Positions 25,576 through 38,339 of a DNA stretch of 64,000 bases are shown here, piece after piece (positions within the stretch are counted from its first letter, which is position 1; the number at the start of each line of letters is the position of its first letter). The notes beneath the pieces are model-generated. The model was not told where the DNA came from and searched no databases. It was given only the letters and a program-made list of their open reading frames with translations. Made by a program: the position numbers and the translations under genes. Source of the DNA: Lingula anatina (taxonomy: Eukaryota; Animalia; Brachiopoda). The stretch spans positions 11,470,001-11,534,000 of the forward strand of contig CM120641.1 in assembly GCA_051362555.1 (NCBI GenBank), written 5' to 3'.

Positions 25576-26909
25576 ATGAGTGAACCACAGAGCAATAAAA
25601 AACTCAGTGTCTGTGGTTTCTGTAAGAGAGGAGTGGAGGTGTCTGCGGTGTGTGGTGAACTTTGTACTTCTAATGTTTGCAGCGCTCACAAGAAGTGTAT
25701 GGTATGAATTTTTTTCTCTACATGTATGCCACATTAGATGGAAGACTACTGTAACTGTACTGGGATGAAATGATCAACACGTCCTCCTTTGATGCAACAA
25801 GACCAATTAATAAAAACATGAAAAAAAAAATAATAAATAGAAAATTTTACAGTATAATATTGTGATTAATAACTTAAAACCCACATTAGGTCTAACTATC
25901 TACTGTTAAGAAACTTAAATTGTCATTTTTCAGCAATACAGTGCGAACTTGAGCCAGTATAAAGAAGAATTTGCCTTTGGTGGGTTTAATATTGATGAAG
26001 TGTTGACTGAAATAAGACGAGGACGGTCTTTGGTAAATCCACTTTCTCCTGGTTTTCAAAATTTATTTCAGAATCAAATATATCTTTCCTGATTTTCATT
26101 TGTTAACTGCAGGTGACTAACTTGCAGTGGACGTGCAAAAATAGATTTAGCATACAATCAGTAAATATTTGTAGCACTTATCATTCCAGTTTCCCACCCA
26201 TGAAAACGTACATGTTACAAGATGATAATTATTTGTTAGAACAGCGCATTACCCAACAAAGGCCAGCAAAGATATCTAGCTTTGATACAACAAACCTACA
26301 ATAAATACTTTATGTTAGGTAAATATGTTAGAACATCTCACTACCCAACAAAAGACAACAACGATATCTAGCTTTGATACAACAAACCTACAATAAATAC
26401 AGCCAGTTTCTCCACATATTAGATTTACAGTATCCTTGATCCCATGTGGAGTATTTTTTCTGAGACATTGAACCTAAACCATGAACTACAGTACTGTTGA
26501 ATATTTCATCTTCAGAAATGCAGAATATGCCTTAAAACTAAAGGCTTAAAGAAAAAGAAGAAACCTGAACTAAATGGAGCCACTGCTGGCTGTGCTATCA
26601 ATAGCTGCAAGATGACTTACCATTTCTACTGTGCAGCACAGGATCCCATTGTTATAACAAAAAGGTTTGTGGAAAAAAATTCAAGTGGAAAGGAGATAGT
26701 AAAGTATAGGTAAGTAGGCTTCACAAGTGTAATGTGTACAGTGAGATTGTAGTGCTACATTATGATGGTGGCAGGTGGCCTGTATTTGAGTAACTATAAA
26801 TATTAATTTTTCAGTTCTGCACAAAATGCTACTGCAGTCCAGTGGATTTTCAGATGTTAAATGTTTCTCTCCCTCTGTCATGCACGTGCGTGTGCACACA
26901 CACACACGT

Positions 26910-26948
<39 letters not shown>

Positions 26949-29900
26949 AGTTATGTACATGTGCAGCTGTAATTTTGTGCAGTTAACAATATGCAGTGTT
27001 GATCTAAATGTCAATGGAAATTTAGAATGCTTGTATTTAGTAGGTAGTTGCAGATTTCTCAACAATTTTATATCGTCCAGTTCCCATGGGATTTGTCTGT
27101 TTTCACAGAATTTTATGTACTTCTCTTTAGGGTTTTCTGTAATCAAGCACACTTGGATAGCTATAACAACAATAAAGGCCAGAATTCATGTAAGTGTGAG
27201 AAAATTTATGCAAAAAGCTTAGGTAAACATTCTTTAAAGTTTTGAAGCAATTAAGTCATCTTGTTGGAATTCCCAACAGTTGTGATTTTTTTATTGTAAT
27301 GATGTTTGTTTGTGTTGCAGTCTCCATTATATATACTGACAGTCAATGAAAACGCATCAGAAAACTTTCTTGTACTTTTTTTACAAAAAATCGATTTCAA
27401 CCATATAAACGAGTACAAATGCCCTTGTTCGGTCATAAGAGAATCACCTTGTTTGACTGAATAATGAGTCATATTTCACATGAAAACTGTTATTTTCTTA
27501 GTATTCCAAAATATTATTTGATAAATAAATGATGCGTTTTTATTGACTGTCAGTAGATCTTGTTCAGGGACACCAGTGTTCATGGCATTTCATCATAATA
27601 TAATGATTGCTTTTCAGGTTCTGACATAGAAGATGGTGACAGTGAAGACATAGAAGATGGTGACAGTAAAGACATAGAAGATGGTGACAGTGAAGACATA
27701 GAAGATGGAGACTATAAAGATTTTATATGTAAAAATCACAAAAATATAAATGAAGAAAAAGAAGATGTTAAACAACAAAGTGGTAGGTGAATATAGTATA
27801 CTTTCGTAGTCAGTTCTCCCTGATCTTAATAATTTGACATGTGTATTTGTTCATCAGTGCACTTGTAACATCAAAATGGAAATGAAGCATTCTATAACAA
27901 TAAGGGTATTTAAAAAGATCTTAATGGGATACAGAATATAATGTATGAGATTGATCAATTACCCTGATCAAGGTGATAATAATAATAGTTTGGCAGGTGA
28001 ATTACTTTTTTTAACTGAAGAAACATGACAGATGTTTGTTCTTTAACAGAGAAGGAAGGAGGGAACCTTGTCCTTTAAAAGTGTATATGGCTCTGCCAAT
28101 TTGTTTTCTGGATAAAATTGCAAACATTGTGTACTTAATGCAGCTATTACTTTGTTCAAGTGTACATCTTTTTTTCCCCATCTCTAGTCATGTTCGGAGA
28201 TTTGTCATCAAATTCTTCTAGTTTTGACGAGGATGAGGTGTCTGCAAACAACATTCAGTCACAAGGGAGCTCTGCAAGAAAACTCGTCATTCCAGTTACT
28301 AGAGTGAAACTAGAAAATGTTCTCTCAGAAGCCAAAGAAAGTTTTTGCCAGTCTTTCCAACAAACTGAGATGTACATAGACAGAAAAGAAATGCCAATTT
28401 CATCACAATGGGAAAACAAAAACACAGTGGTTAAAGAGAATCCCTCGCTGAGCAGTCAGGGTGAGTTGATATATCAGTGTATCTTATCTTAACATTTTGT
28501 GACTGCATTTCATTGTTTTCATAGATGTAAAGTAGATATTTACAGACACTTTCATTAGTTTCACAGAGGGTTACATTTAAGTGTTGATATCAGATGACCA
28601 TTTAAGTTACGGTAAATGATGTGTGTTTGAGCTTAAATAATAAATGATATGTCAAATATACCTCCTAATCAACTGAGAACTATGATGAGTCATGGGATTG
28701 TTATTATAATTCACTTTCTAAACCTGTTGATTTACTGTGGACAGTGGCAACAGAGGGGAAGAAAAGGCATAACTGTCTCTGAATTGAAAATGAATCTGAG
28801 GAGCGCAAAAATAGAATCCTTTATGATTTTTTTTTTTTTTTTTTTGTATAGACGACATGAGGGAGGGCCATCATTATTTTTAAAATCCAACTCTAGTGTA
28901 CTCTTCATGTGAGAACATTAGAGTTGGATTTTAAAAATAGTGTGTTGATACTTTCATGATATGGTATTGATATGCTAGAACACAGAATGTCAACCAAATT
29001 AAAACTATTTTCTTCTAGCTGGGGAAATTCCTGATGCCACTTTGTACATAGTGGAATGTGACATCACATCTCCAGAAGCCCGAAGGATAATCAAGAGTCT
29101 TGAGCTTTATAATACTGCTGAAGCACCATCTATTGTGTGGAATAGCTCTTTTGGCCACCATGCTTTCAAAGCAAAAGAAGTGCTACATTATCTGCTGGAA
29201 GTTTCATCAGTATTAAAAAACATGTAAGTGAATGAAAAATGTGCACAAAATATAAATTGACCTCTTCTTAGTGAAGTTCTTCTATGACATACATATCATT
29301 TACAGACATGAGCATTTTAGATCGCATTTTGATCACAATATTGTGGTTATGCACATGTACACAGTTTTGCTGACAAAATTTTTCTCATATTTATTAGGTT
29401 TGAAGCCTCAACTGAAGAAAAACTGCTCTTCCATGAAGATTTAGAGTCATTACTTTTGCACCTTAAAAACGAGAAAGTGCATTTTTTTAGAAAGTTGGTC
29501 CAACATAATAGTAGTCTTCCAGAGGCAACTCAGCTAAGGATTACAGAGGGGTATCGTGGAGCAGTTCGGGACAATGTGAGGGCAACACAGAGAAACCTTG
29601 GTTATGAAGACATGGCAAAATATGTGATAATGCGACCAAAGAGGAAGTCATCAGGCCACACAGATTTCAGAGTTCATGTCTTACAGCTGAAATTGAATGA
29701 TTTCACAGACCCTGACAGAGTTATTCGTCTAGGTCTCACTGAGCGTATGCAGCCTCACATGCATGTGATGGCTGACCTGCAGTCACTGTTTACATCCAGA
29801 CAAGAGAACATTTCAGAGGAACGCCAGCAAATTTATGATCTCTCAGAATGTTCTTGCATCAAACAATGGCTCCTTGCTGAAACTGATAGCAAATTCCAGG

Positions 29901-30669
29901 TCATTTGCTATCCACAAGAAGTTGTTTTACAAGATGGTGAGAAGGTCTGTGTCATCAGTATGCTGAAGTCAAAACTGAGAGCTTTGTCAAATGTAAACTC
30001 CTTTCAGAACATTCTGTTTCTGCTGGGCCCTGTAGACAAAGAGGTTATCAACTATGCAGTATACTGCAGGAAGGTCTTGAGGATGGTGTTGCAGAAATGT
30101 ACACCCTCCACCACCACCTCCAACACCACCCCTGCAACCACATCAATCTATTGTGTCATTGACATTAGTGGACCAGGCTGTCACCATTTGAGAGATGAAA
30201 TCCTTCCCGTTCTCAGGGAAGATGCTCGACGATTCTCATTCCTCACTTGGTCAGAACCAGAACAGGCACCTGTGTCTTGTCTTATTGTGAAGGTTGTCAG
30301 GAAAACAGAAGGTAAATGTGGATGCTAGGTATTATTATATGAAACTGACATGAATAAGTTAAAGGGTTATCATGTCTGTGAGTATGTGTCATGGATATAT
30401 AGTATCCTGTATTCCGAGTAAAGATGCCATATCATCTCTCAATAAAGTATGCTGCTCATCATCTACATGAAGCTACTAAGAAGCTATAAAAGTTAAAAGT
30501 TGGGCATTTTTATGCTTGAAGAGTTTTTTGTTCTTGATGGTTTAACCTTTAAATTTCAGCAATAGATTCCCATGTGTTGAATACTGACAAACCTGAACAG
30601 ACTGCCAGGAAGAGACTACACCTAGGGGGTTCTTCTGAGAAGCCAACAAAGAAAAAGCACAAGATGTAA
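25576..30669 (+). CDS. Extended PHD finger (PHF6/PHF11-type, zf-HC5HC2H) protein with an uncharacterised C-terminal region, 699 aa
   Basis: Nine phase-consistent exons total 2100 nt: 25576-25701, 25934-26032, 26516-26664, 27131-27189, 27618-27782, 28188-28460, 29019-29223, 29398-30311, 30560-30669. The N-terminus CGFC...CGEL...AHKKCM...FGGFNIDEVLTEIRRGRSLKCRIC...GATAGCAINSCKMTYHFYCA...VFCNQAH matches the PHF6 ePHD pattern. The protein ends in a basic tail KPTKKKHKM. Confidence 0.85.
26235..26400. repeat. Local tandem duplication, 2 copies
   Basis: GTTAGAACA...TACCCAACAAA...GATATCTAGCTTTGATACAACAAACCTACAATAAATAC occurs twice in intron 2. Confidence 0.85.
26895..26947. repeat. (CA)n microsatellite
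   Basis: CA run with one interruption. Confidence 0.95.
27336..27553. mobile_element. TA-flanked TIR MITE (Tc1/mariner-like), short copy
   Basis: TA|CTGACAGTCAATGAAAACGCATCA ... TGATGCGTTTTTATTGACTGTCAG|TA. A longer copy lies at 38340-38870. Confidence 0.8.
27623..27720 (+). repeat. Coding 24-nt tandem repeat, 4 copies (DIEDGDSE)
   Basis: GACATAGAAGATGGTGACAGTGAA units, in frame within exon 5 of the ePHD gene. Confidence 0.92.
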
Positions 30670-31939
30670 CATTTTTTATGTCATTAATAAGAAGGCTTTG
30701 CTGGTAAAGTTGGATTCTCAATCAGACATGATAATGAGAATTTGGATGGTATGGTATGGTATGGTAACTGTGTAAAACAACATGAACTGCCACAGTGGCA
30801 TTGATAGGTGTCAACACGCTGATTGTCACTTCTCATGGAAGAGAAAAATAGTAGTAAAAAAATCTGATGTCCTTCTCATGGTAGGTTGAACAGAATTATA
30901 TAATACTTCATCTTTTGTATTTTGTTTTATCCAATCAGACAATATAGTACAATTTTCTTTGTCAAATTTTGTTTAAAATCATTGTCTTTTATGTCTATGT
31001 TCTCAGAAAGCTACAGTTTTGATGAAACTTTTGTCACCTGGTTTTGAAATCATATCTTTATTTTATGATTTTTTTACCTTAGCAATGTTTTGATAGGCAT
31101 TCTTTTAACCTTTTTCTTATTGTATAAAAAATTACCTTTTTGTAGCATCACTTTTTGACAAAATATCAAGAGGCTCCTAAGTAAATGCTAAGAGAAAGGT
31201 AGAATAACCGGGAGAATGAATGGAGATTAAATGGAGAATAAATGGCTCTCTCTCTCTAATAAATGCTAAGAAAAATGGAGAATAATTGGGAGAGCAGTGA
31301 ATTGGGTATTGTCAGCATGAACAAAGAAAAGTATGTGATCTTTCCATTTCAGTCTGTTTTTCCTGCTTATATGAAATACCCAGCATGTTCAAAAGCACAT
31401 AGAGTACTGCAGTTGTTTTTAATTAATGCCACTGTGAGATATAATAACTTATTCAGCTTGTAACGTTAAATGTTAACATTGTGTGCTGTATTTGCTACTT
31501 CTAATACTTCAGTTTGCTTGTGCACACATTTTTAATGGCCAGTTTATTAATAATCTCAGAGATTGATTGCTTAGTCTCAATTAAGGTTGCTTAATCTCAG
31601 TTTAGAGAGGGCATTAATCTGTTTGCTTGTGGCATTCATTTTTAGACATTTTCAAGATTATAGGAATTTGTTAAGTCTAGGACCAAAGTTAGCAATATTT
31701 ATCTGCTAGTGTCTTTTTGTGCAGTATCAATCTCATCTTCAATATTCTAGGGACCCACTTTCTCCTGAAGGTTAAAGCATTGTAATGGACAGTATTATAA
31801 AGATTGCTAATTGAGTTTTAGAGAAACAGCACTTGATCTGTACACTAGAGATATATCAAAAACAATTTTTCCATGCTTGACAATTGTATGCTACTTGTGT
31901 CCATGTCCATGTGTTTGATCCATTTACTACCAGTCCTCT

Positions 31940-32780
31940 GCCCAATGTCATCTCTCCATCTTGACTTTGGTCTTCCTGTGACTCTTTTTTTGATGTCTTG
32001 GTGTTTATTCTGTTGTTTTCCTGGCCCACTCTCTAGTGTTCATGCTTGCCAGATACCTTGGCCATTGGCCATTTTCTGTCTGAGCTATGCTAAAATGTCT
32101 TGCAACTTTGTTTCTGGATCTTGTTTTCTTTGTTATATTGAGTATTGATATTTGCATACTCCCCTGAGCCATGGACAGCCTTTCTCTCTGATGTCTTGTG
32201 ATTGCCCATATCTCTGGTCTGTACATCATTGCTGGTATGATTACTGTATCTGGGAACAATCTGCCATGTGCCAAGTCATTTACCCCAAATATAGTGTTTC
32301 TTATTTTGTTGTTCAGTTTAGCTGCTGTTGTACTCACAAGCATGAATTTTGTGATCAGATTTAAGTCAAATTTTTATCATTCTCAGTTTGTCTCTCTGCC
32401 CCCCACCCCACCTTATCAAAACATTTAAATGATGGTTAGCGTCAATTTCCCTAACCATGTTGTCTAATCTATCGTTTGAATCAAAATGCTTTGAAAATTT
32501 TGTAAAGGTGGTAAGCATTTTTTGTTGCTGAAAAAATACAATTTGTTTACATTACAGATCACCTTATTTGATCGACTTTCTGTCGCAACACCAAACAAAG
32601 AATTCCCCACATTGCCAATTTTCAGGTGGTCTGATCTTTTTGAATCTGCAGCACAAACTCTGCTACTACCCAACCAGACTTTTTCTCTTTGTTTTTCCAT
32701 TTTATTCTATACCATCTTTGACCCTTTGAGTCTGTTGCTTTTAGAATTTAGAATTTTGTCAGCTTCCTCGGAGTGACTTT
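31940..32780 (-). mobile_element. Decayed RTE-clade LINE (region C-terminal to the RT)
   Basis: VIIPAMMYRPEIWAIT...RLSMAQGSMQISILNITKKTRSRN...WPRYLA...REWARKTTE*TPR resembles the RTE pattern LPxxxYGxExW...AQRxMER...W.GH.AR...W...EW.PR, with stops and frameshifts. The right boundary is approximate. Confidence 0.7.
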
Positions 32781-33596
32781 TTGTTGGGCTTAGCTGATTG
32801 GCATTTGTGTTCATGGTATCATCTTGTTCATTATAAAGTGTTTTACTCTATTCTAACAGCAGTAAAATAAACTTCTGGTACTTACTGAGAGTATTGCCTG
32901 TTCCTTCTGTTTGGTAGGGACAGCACTTTTTTTGTGGTACAACTAAATCTTCTCACGAGCGATCGCGTGGTGCATCGTGGTGCCAACCATTTGTTTCAGA
33001 TGGTTGGCTGTTACTTTATATGTGAGTGCCCCTGCATAGTCCCCATATGCACAACAGGAATTCCAGGATCCTCTTGGCAGTGACAGAAAGCACTACAATT
33101 TTGACTTTCTTCAAGGGCTACATTGTTTTGTCTGTTCTGTCAGATTCCTCTCTTCATCATTTGTCTCGAGGTCCGTTTCAAACCTAGTACGTAAGTTGGA
33201 TCTGTAGGTAAAACACCAAAGGTGGGTCTCAGGGTGGAATGACTAAGACAACTTGAGGTTTCAGGCACTCATCTGCATCGGAAAAGTTGGCCACTTGTAT
33301 TGTGCCACGTTTGTCCACAATAATGAGAGTGGGACCTATCTATATCCTTGTCTGCAGGGTAGGGAAATCTGCCCCCATTCTTTCTACGATTCCTTCATAG
33401 GCATCTTCAGAGGGTCTAACCCTGGCCTCTACCACCTGGAGCGACCAGGCAGGTAGTAACACTGTTTTTTTTCCATCCACCCTCTGACATCCATCTGGAT
33501 CTCTAACAACAAGGAAACCCTTGTTGTGGAATATGTGGCCAAATACTTCCATGGTGACTGGTCAGCTTTATGTAGCCCAAGTATGGGATGTCCTAC

Positions 33597-34067
33597 GAAA
33601 ATGCACGAACGAAGACGAAGACAAGGAGAACACAATGAGAGCACAAGGAGATCGCAACTAAAGTATTACGCCTGTCACACATTCATGGCACCAAAACTAA
33701 ATTCTCGGAGGTCCCGAGCCACCTGCTTACGCCATTTGTTTCTAAGTTAGTTTTTTTTCTGCTCTTTGGCTTGACTGAATGACAACAAACCGGACAAGAA
33801 AGACCAGGTCTTTCCTATGGCGCGACTTGCAAACGACTGATCTCTTTCCCTCGCGCAAAAGAGACTTCAGACAAAGAAAAACACACAAAAGAATAAGAAA
33901 ATACACGAACGAAGATGAACACAAGGAGAACACAAGGAGATTGCAACTAAAGTATTTCGCCTGTCACACATTCATGGCACCAAAACTAAATTCTCGGAGG
34001 TCCCGAGCCACCTGCTTATGCCATTTGTTTCTAAGTTTTTTTTCTGCTCTTTGGCTTGACTGAATGA
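33597..34067. repeat. Direct repeat, 300-bp spacing (33597-33782 and 33897-34067)
   Basis: Near-identical GCAACTAAAGTATT.CGCCTGTCACACATTCATGGCACCAAAACTAAATTCTCGGAGGTCCCGAGCCACCTGCTTA...GCTCTTTGGCTTGACTGAATGA in both copies. Confidence 0.92.
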
Positions 34068-34410
34068 GTTAATCATCTGATATGTTTGAAAATTGGGGAT
34101 AACTTGACTGTCTCTCCATTCTTAGATGGAAAGTTGCTCTGTTGTTGGATCGGCGCTCTTCTCTGCCTTGTCTGAACAGTGGATGGGAAGGACTGCCACA
34201 TGTGATATAGACAGGTAATTGGTCTACTTCTTATGAAAAGCAACTGACCCATGCCCCTAACCAGCAAATGTTACATGAACTGGATGGTGGTCTTCCCAGT
34301 CTTGTAACACCAATTTAAAAACCAAACACATCAAGCATATTTCTGGTCCTCTGTCCTCAGTTACTGTTTGGGTATTTCTAAAAAGGAGATGCATGTGACC
34401 TCTCATTATC

Positions 34411-34570
34411 CAGGCCCGTAGCCAGCAATTTCAAAAGGGGGGGGTCTTTTTCTGAAAAAGTGGACCCTTTACCATGAAACCTTCATGTGACTAGATAAAT
34501 TTTTACCCAGAGGGGACCTTTTCCCAGCAAAAGGGGGGTGCTTTCGAACCCCCCGAACACCCCAAGCTGT
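34411..34570 (+). mobile_element. CAGGCCCGTAGCCAG-type MITE
   Basis: Starts CAGGCCCGTAGCCAG, contains G/C tracts, and is related to 18340-18465. Confidence 0.7.
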
Positions 34571-35204
34571 CGCAACAAAGCGCTGACTGGTGTGGTGAAA
34601 GTGACGTAGTTATTATTTCGTCTGCGAGGTGGGGTGTTGTTTCAAAATGGCTGCAATTTCACGCTCGAAGAGAAAAAAGATTAAGAAAGCGAGTTTATGT
34701 AGGCCTATTTATATTTTATATCTGATATTGTAATGATAAGAGTTAAAATTAAATGTAAGAGTATAACAAGATTACTTTTATTAATTTAATTTAAAAATGA
34801 GCAAATTGAAATGCCCAAATTTTCTAAATCAACGCAATACTCATAGACCATAAAAATACAGCCTAAAGGATGACAACAGTTTGTCAGTTTAGACAGATGT
34901 AGTCGCCTCGATGCAGCGTTACGTCGTTAAATGGTTTATGACGCTGAAAATTCATCCATATTGAATTCTGACGTGGGCACGTGATATCAGATGGTGCAAC
35001 CATTGGCTGAAGATAATGATCAGCGCGACAAATTGCCGTAGGAAAGCGCACACACTACGGTACGACGTTTATATCTAACATGTTTGATTCTCTCCCGACT
35101 TGTTGAAAAGTTGTCGTGGAGCAGCGCAGACAGGCCGATATTTTGTTGTAAGTGTTTCGGCCGACGAAAAATCGTTCTGTGGACGTCGGGCTTTACTGCA
35201 AATT

Positions 35205-35620
35205 TCAAGCATTGTTATGTACAGACACAGATGTGTCTGTACATATTGCCATCACCTGCGTCTGTCGTCGCCGTCGCCGATCATGTCGCCGTCGCCGTCG
35301 CCGTGCACTTTCAGCGTTAACACCATAAGTGGAAGACAGTTTTACTTTTTGGCTTTATATTTACAGAGCTGACTAATATTCATAAAACGCAGGTCAAGTT
35401 CGAAAATCGGCATGATCGGGCCACTATTTTACTAGTTATGCTGTTTTTTACACTTTTCAGCCTATATGCAACACTGTAAACACAATATAAGAAAAACAGA
35501 TGGGCCAATTGTCATGAAAGTCACAGGAGTGGTCAATTTTACTAAAATGCAGGTTGAGTTCGTAAATCAGCATAATCGTGCCATTATTTTAGAAGGTATG
35601 CTGTTTTTTCACATTTCTTC
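35205..35620 (+). mobile_element. Helentron/HINE-like non-autonomous element
   Basis: Hairpin TGTACAGACACA-GA-TGTGTCTGTACA (35218-35243), then a (GTCGCC)n microsatellite, then two diverged internal units with CAGGT(C/T)(A/G)AGTTCG. This layout is typical of molluscan HINE/pearl-type elements. Confidence 0.6.
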
Positions 35621-36009
35621 AGATTCAATTTTTAGGCATGTTAACAGTCTCATTATTAAACTAATAAGATACGTGAAAGTGTTTGTTTGACATTTCCTGC
35701 ATCTTTACAACATTGTTAGTTGATTATGTAAAAATGATGGTAAACTTGTTATCATGTATTGTATAATAGAGTTTCAAAAATGGAAATAAACTCATATCAT
35801 TGCATTTTGTCAGATTCAATCATTCACTATGTTCAGAATCTCAGAATGGAAGAAATTGGACATTTAACACTGCTCTATTGATACTTTTCTCATGTCATCA
35901 ATTTTCTTTGTTGATCATATAAAAATGGCAGTAAACTGTTAATTTTGTTTTATGTTAAAAATTGTTAAAAATGGGGAAAAAAACATTTCAGAACAGTGCT
36001 GTCTTGTTT

Positions 36010-36700
36010 ACATTTTGGCATTTTCAAGTTGTGACTTTGAAGTTCCATGGGCCTGAAGACCTTTGCTAGTCACATTTTCTGAATATCCATGATACTAATA
36101 TTTTATTAGTAAAAATTGATGGTCATTATGCTGTTAAACATTATGTAACATTGCATCAAAATTTGAAAAAAACCTATTTTGGGCACTGCTCCCATGATTA
36201 CCTTTTAAGAAAAACCATGTCACTTACTGTTCTCAAACTTACAGGAAAGAAACATGGGACTAAAATACAGCTTCAGTAGGCAATGCAATCTGCCAGATAA
36301 ACAGTTTTTTTTTGTGAAAATTTAATTTTTCACATATTGGCATTTTCAAGGTGTGACTTTGAAGTTCCACAGGCTTGAAGACCCAGGCTAGTCACATTTT
36401 CTGAAAATCCATGATACATATATTTTGTTATTAAAAATTGATTGTCATTATGCTGTTAACCATTATGTAATATTGCATCAGAATAGAAGAAAACACAATT
36501 TTGGGTGCTGCTGCCATGATGACCATTATGGGAAAACCATGTTACTTATGATTGCCAAACTTTCAAAAAAGAAATACAGGACTGAAATGCAGCCTGAGTT
36601 GGAAAAGCAGTCTAATTGACTTCTTTTTCTGGAAGTTTTACATTTTCAAAGTGTGAACTTGAACTCCCATGGTCCTGAAGCTTTATGCTTGTTTCACATT
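36010..36700. repeat. Diverged tandem repeat, ~322-bp unit, a little over 2 copies
   Basis: GGCATTTTCAAG.TGTGACTTTGAAGTTCCA...GCTAGTCACATTTTCTGAA.ATCCATGATAC recurs at ~36017 and ~36339, with a partial third unit at ~36640. Confidence 0.85.
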
Positions 36701-36912
36701 TTACTTACATTGGTATTACCTGTTGAGCATAATTAAAATTTGATGTTGAATTTGCAGTTTAACATAATGTACTTTTGCATCAGAATTGACAGTAGCCTAT
36801 TTTGTTATTTCCTGCTTTTTGTCTGTACATTTGACAGCTTTGCTGCCTTGTTTTTATTAGTATTATGCGTCCTGTATTATAACCAATTTAAGGGACCATT
36901 TCCACAGATATT

Positions 36913-37103
36913 TGGATCGATCTATCTTTCTGTCTCACTAAATTGCTATCAACTTAACCAGCTTAAATGTCTGTCAGGCCTATTAAAGATACAAGGGGGT
37001 TATTGTCTTTACCCCCCAGCTGATTCGGTAGATGTGACAGACATTTAAGCCAGTTAAGTTGATAGCAATTAAGTGAGACTCCCCAGAGAGATAGACCGAT
37101 CCA
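36913..37103. repeat. Long inverted repeat (fold-back/MITE)
   Basis: GTCTCACTAAATTGCTATCAACTTAACCAGCTTAAATGTCTGTCA (36932-36976) pairs with TGACAGACATTTAAGCCAGTTAAGTTGATAGCAATTAAGTGAGAC (37035-37079). Outer arms are TGGATCGATCTATC / GATAGACCGATCCA. Confidence 0.85.
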
Positions 37104-37389
37104 GATGGATCGATCTGCGCAGATCCAGTTGGATCGAACCCAGTCTAAATCATAGTAGTTTCATATGCATTATTTTAAAAGTTAAACTAAGTGGTTTTTT
37201 AGTTTTTAAAAAAAACATACAATTTTATAGCAAATTGTACCATTTTGAATGTTAGATTTTGCTTTGGACATTTATAGATTTGAATTTTTGATATTTTTTT
37301 TACATGTATTTTTTTACATTAACTGTATCAATTTGATAACCAGTGTTTAAAAAGAGTTACATGTATTAAAGAGTGCTGTCAGTTTGTTG

Positions 37390-38300
37390 GCATCTTAGGG
37401 CCAAAACCAAGGTCAAAGTAATTACGTGAGAGTTACCTTTGCTAAATTGATGTTGAACCTGATTCTGATTTCATGAGTTGATTAGCACGAAGGGGAATAA
37501 GATTGTAATGAACATGCATAACTTCAGTCTTTTAAGTAATTCTGTCATTGTGAGTTTCTAACTAGAGTTTACTTCCTATTCAAGTTTAATAGTGACTATG
37601 GGCAAATCTCTGCCAGTTTTGGAGATATAAAGGACTAAAATGTTGCAAAGTTCAGTTCATCGTGAAAAGTAAGTCAAAGGTCAATTTCAAGGTCACAGTT
37701 AAATTGCCAGTATATGTCTTCCTATTCAACTTCAATAGTAACTATGGTCCTATCTCTGCCAGTTTTTGGAGTTACAGTAATGCGCCATAAATCTCGTACA
37801 GAAGAACTTAATTGAAATGAAGAAAAGGTCATTTTGGTTGATATTTATGAAATGGAAGGTGCTTAGAAATTCCAGATGTTTGAATTTCATGAAATAAAGT
37901 CTTTTTGACCATATTTTGTCTGCCTCACTATGCCTTGTTATTTTTTCCAGATGTTAAAAATTTTTTGCATATTACCATATTGCACATTTTACTTTCACCA
38001 CCACAATGTACTTTTTGATATAGCGTAACTCGTAAACTTTATTAAAAAAAAGAATGGACACTACCTCCAGTGTTGGGCTTGACACTCTATCAATTGCAAA
38101 AAACAAGGTCTCTAGCATTAACGACTCCAGAATTGAGTTTTTAGTTTCAGCATCTAATGGCTGCTGCTCCCATGAAAATGCACCGCTTGACCCCACACTC
38201 AGAGATGAAAGAGGACCATAATGGTAACACCTGCCAATAACAGAGGGGTCGAGACTAAAACCATGAGTACAGCCAGCACCTACGCTGGTGGTACAATAAT
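37390..38300. mobile_element. HINE/Helitron-like remnants
   Basis: AGGTCAAAG-type units, repeated TTCCTATTCAA...AATAGT.ACTATGG..ATCTCTGCCAGTTTT blocks, and a terminal hairpin GTAC.GCCAGC-acctac-GCTGGT.GTAC at 38267-38294. Confidence 0.5.
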
Positions 38301-38339
38301 TACTACAAAATTGGTATGAACATCTAACAAAATGACATA

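Noticed and set aside
26430-26437. GTATCCTT, a U12-type donor motif
   Set aside because: It lies mid-intron, and the flanking exons join in frame through ordinary GT-AG sites.
33597-34067. Direct repeats as a TRIM/LTR pair or a CRISPR-like array
   Set aside because: There are only two long copies, no TG..CA ends, no adjacent PBS/PPT and no repeat-spacer periodicity, and the context is eukaryotic.
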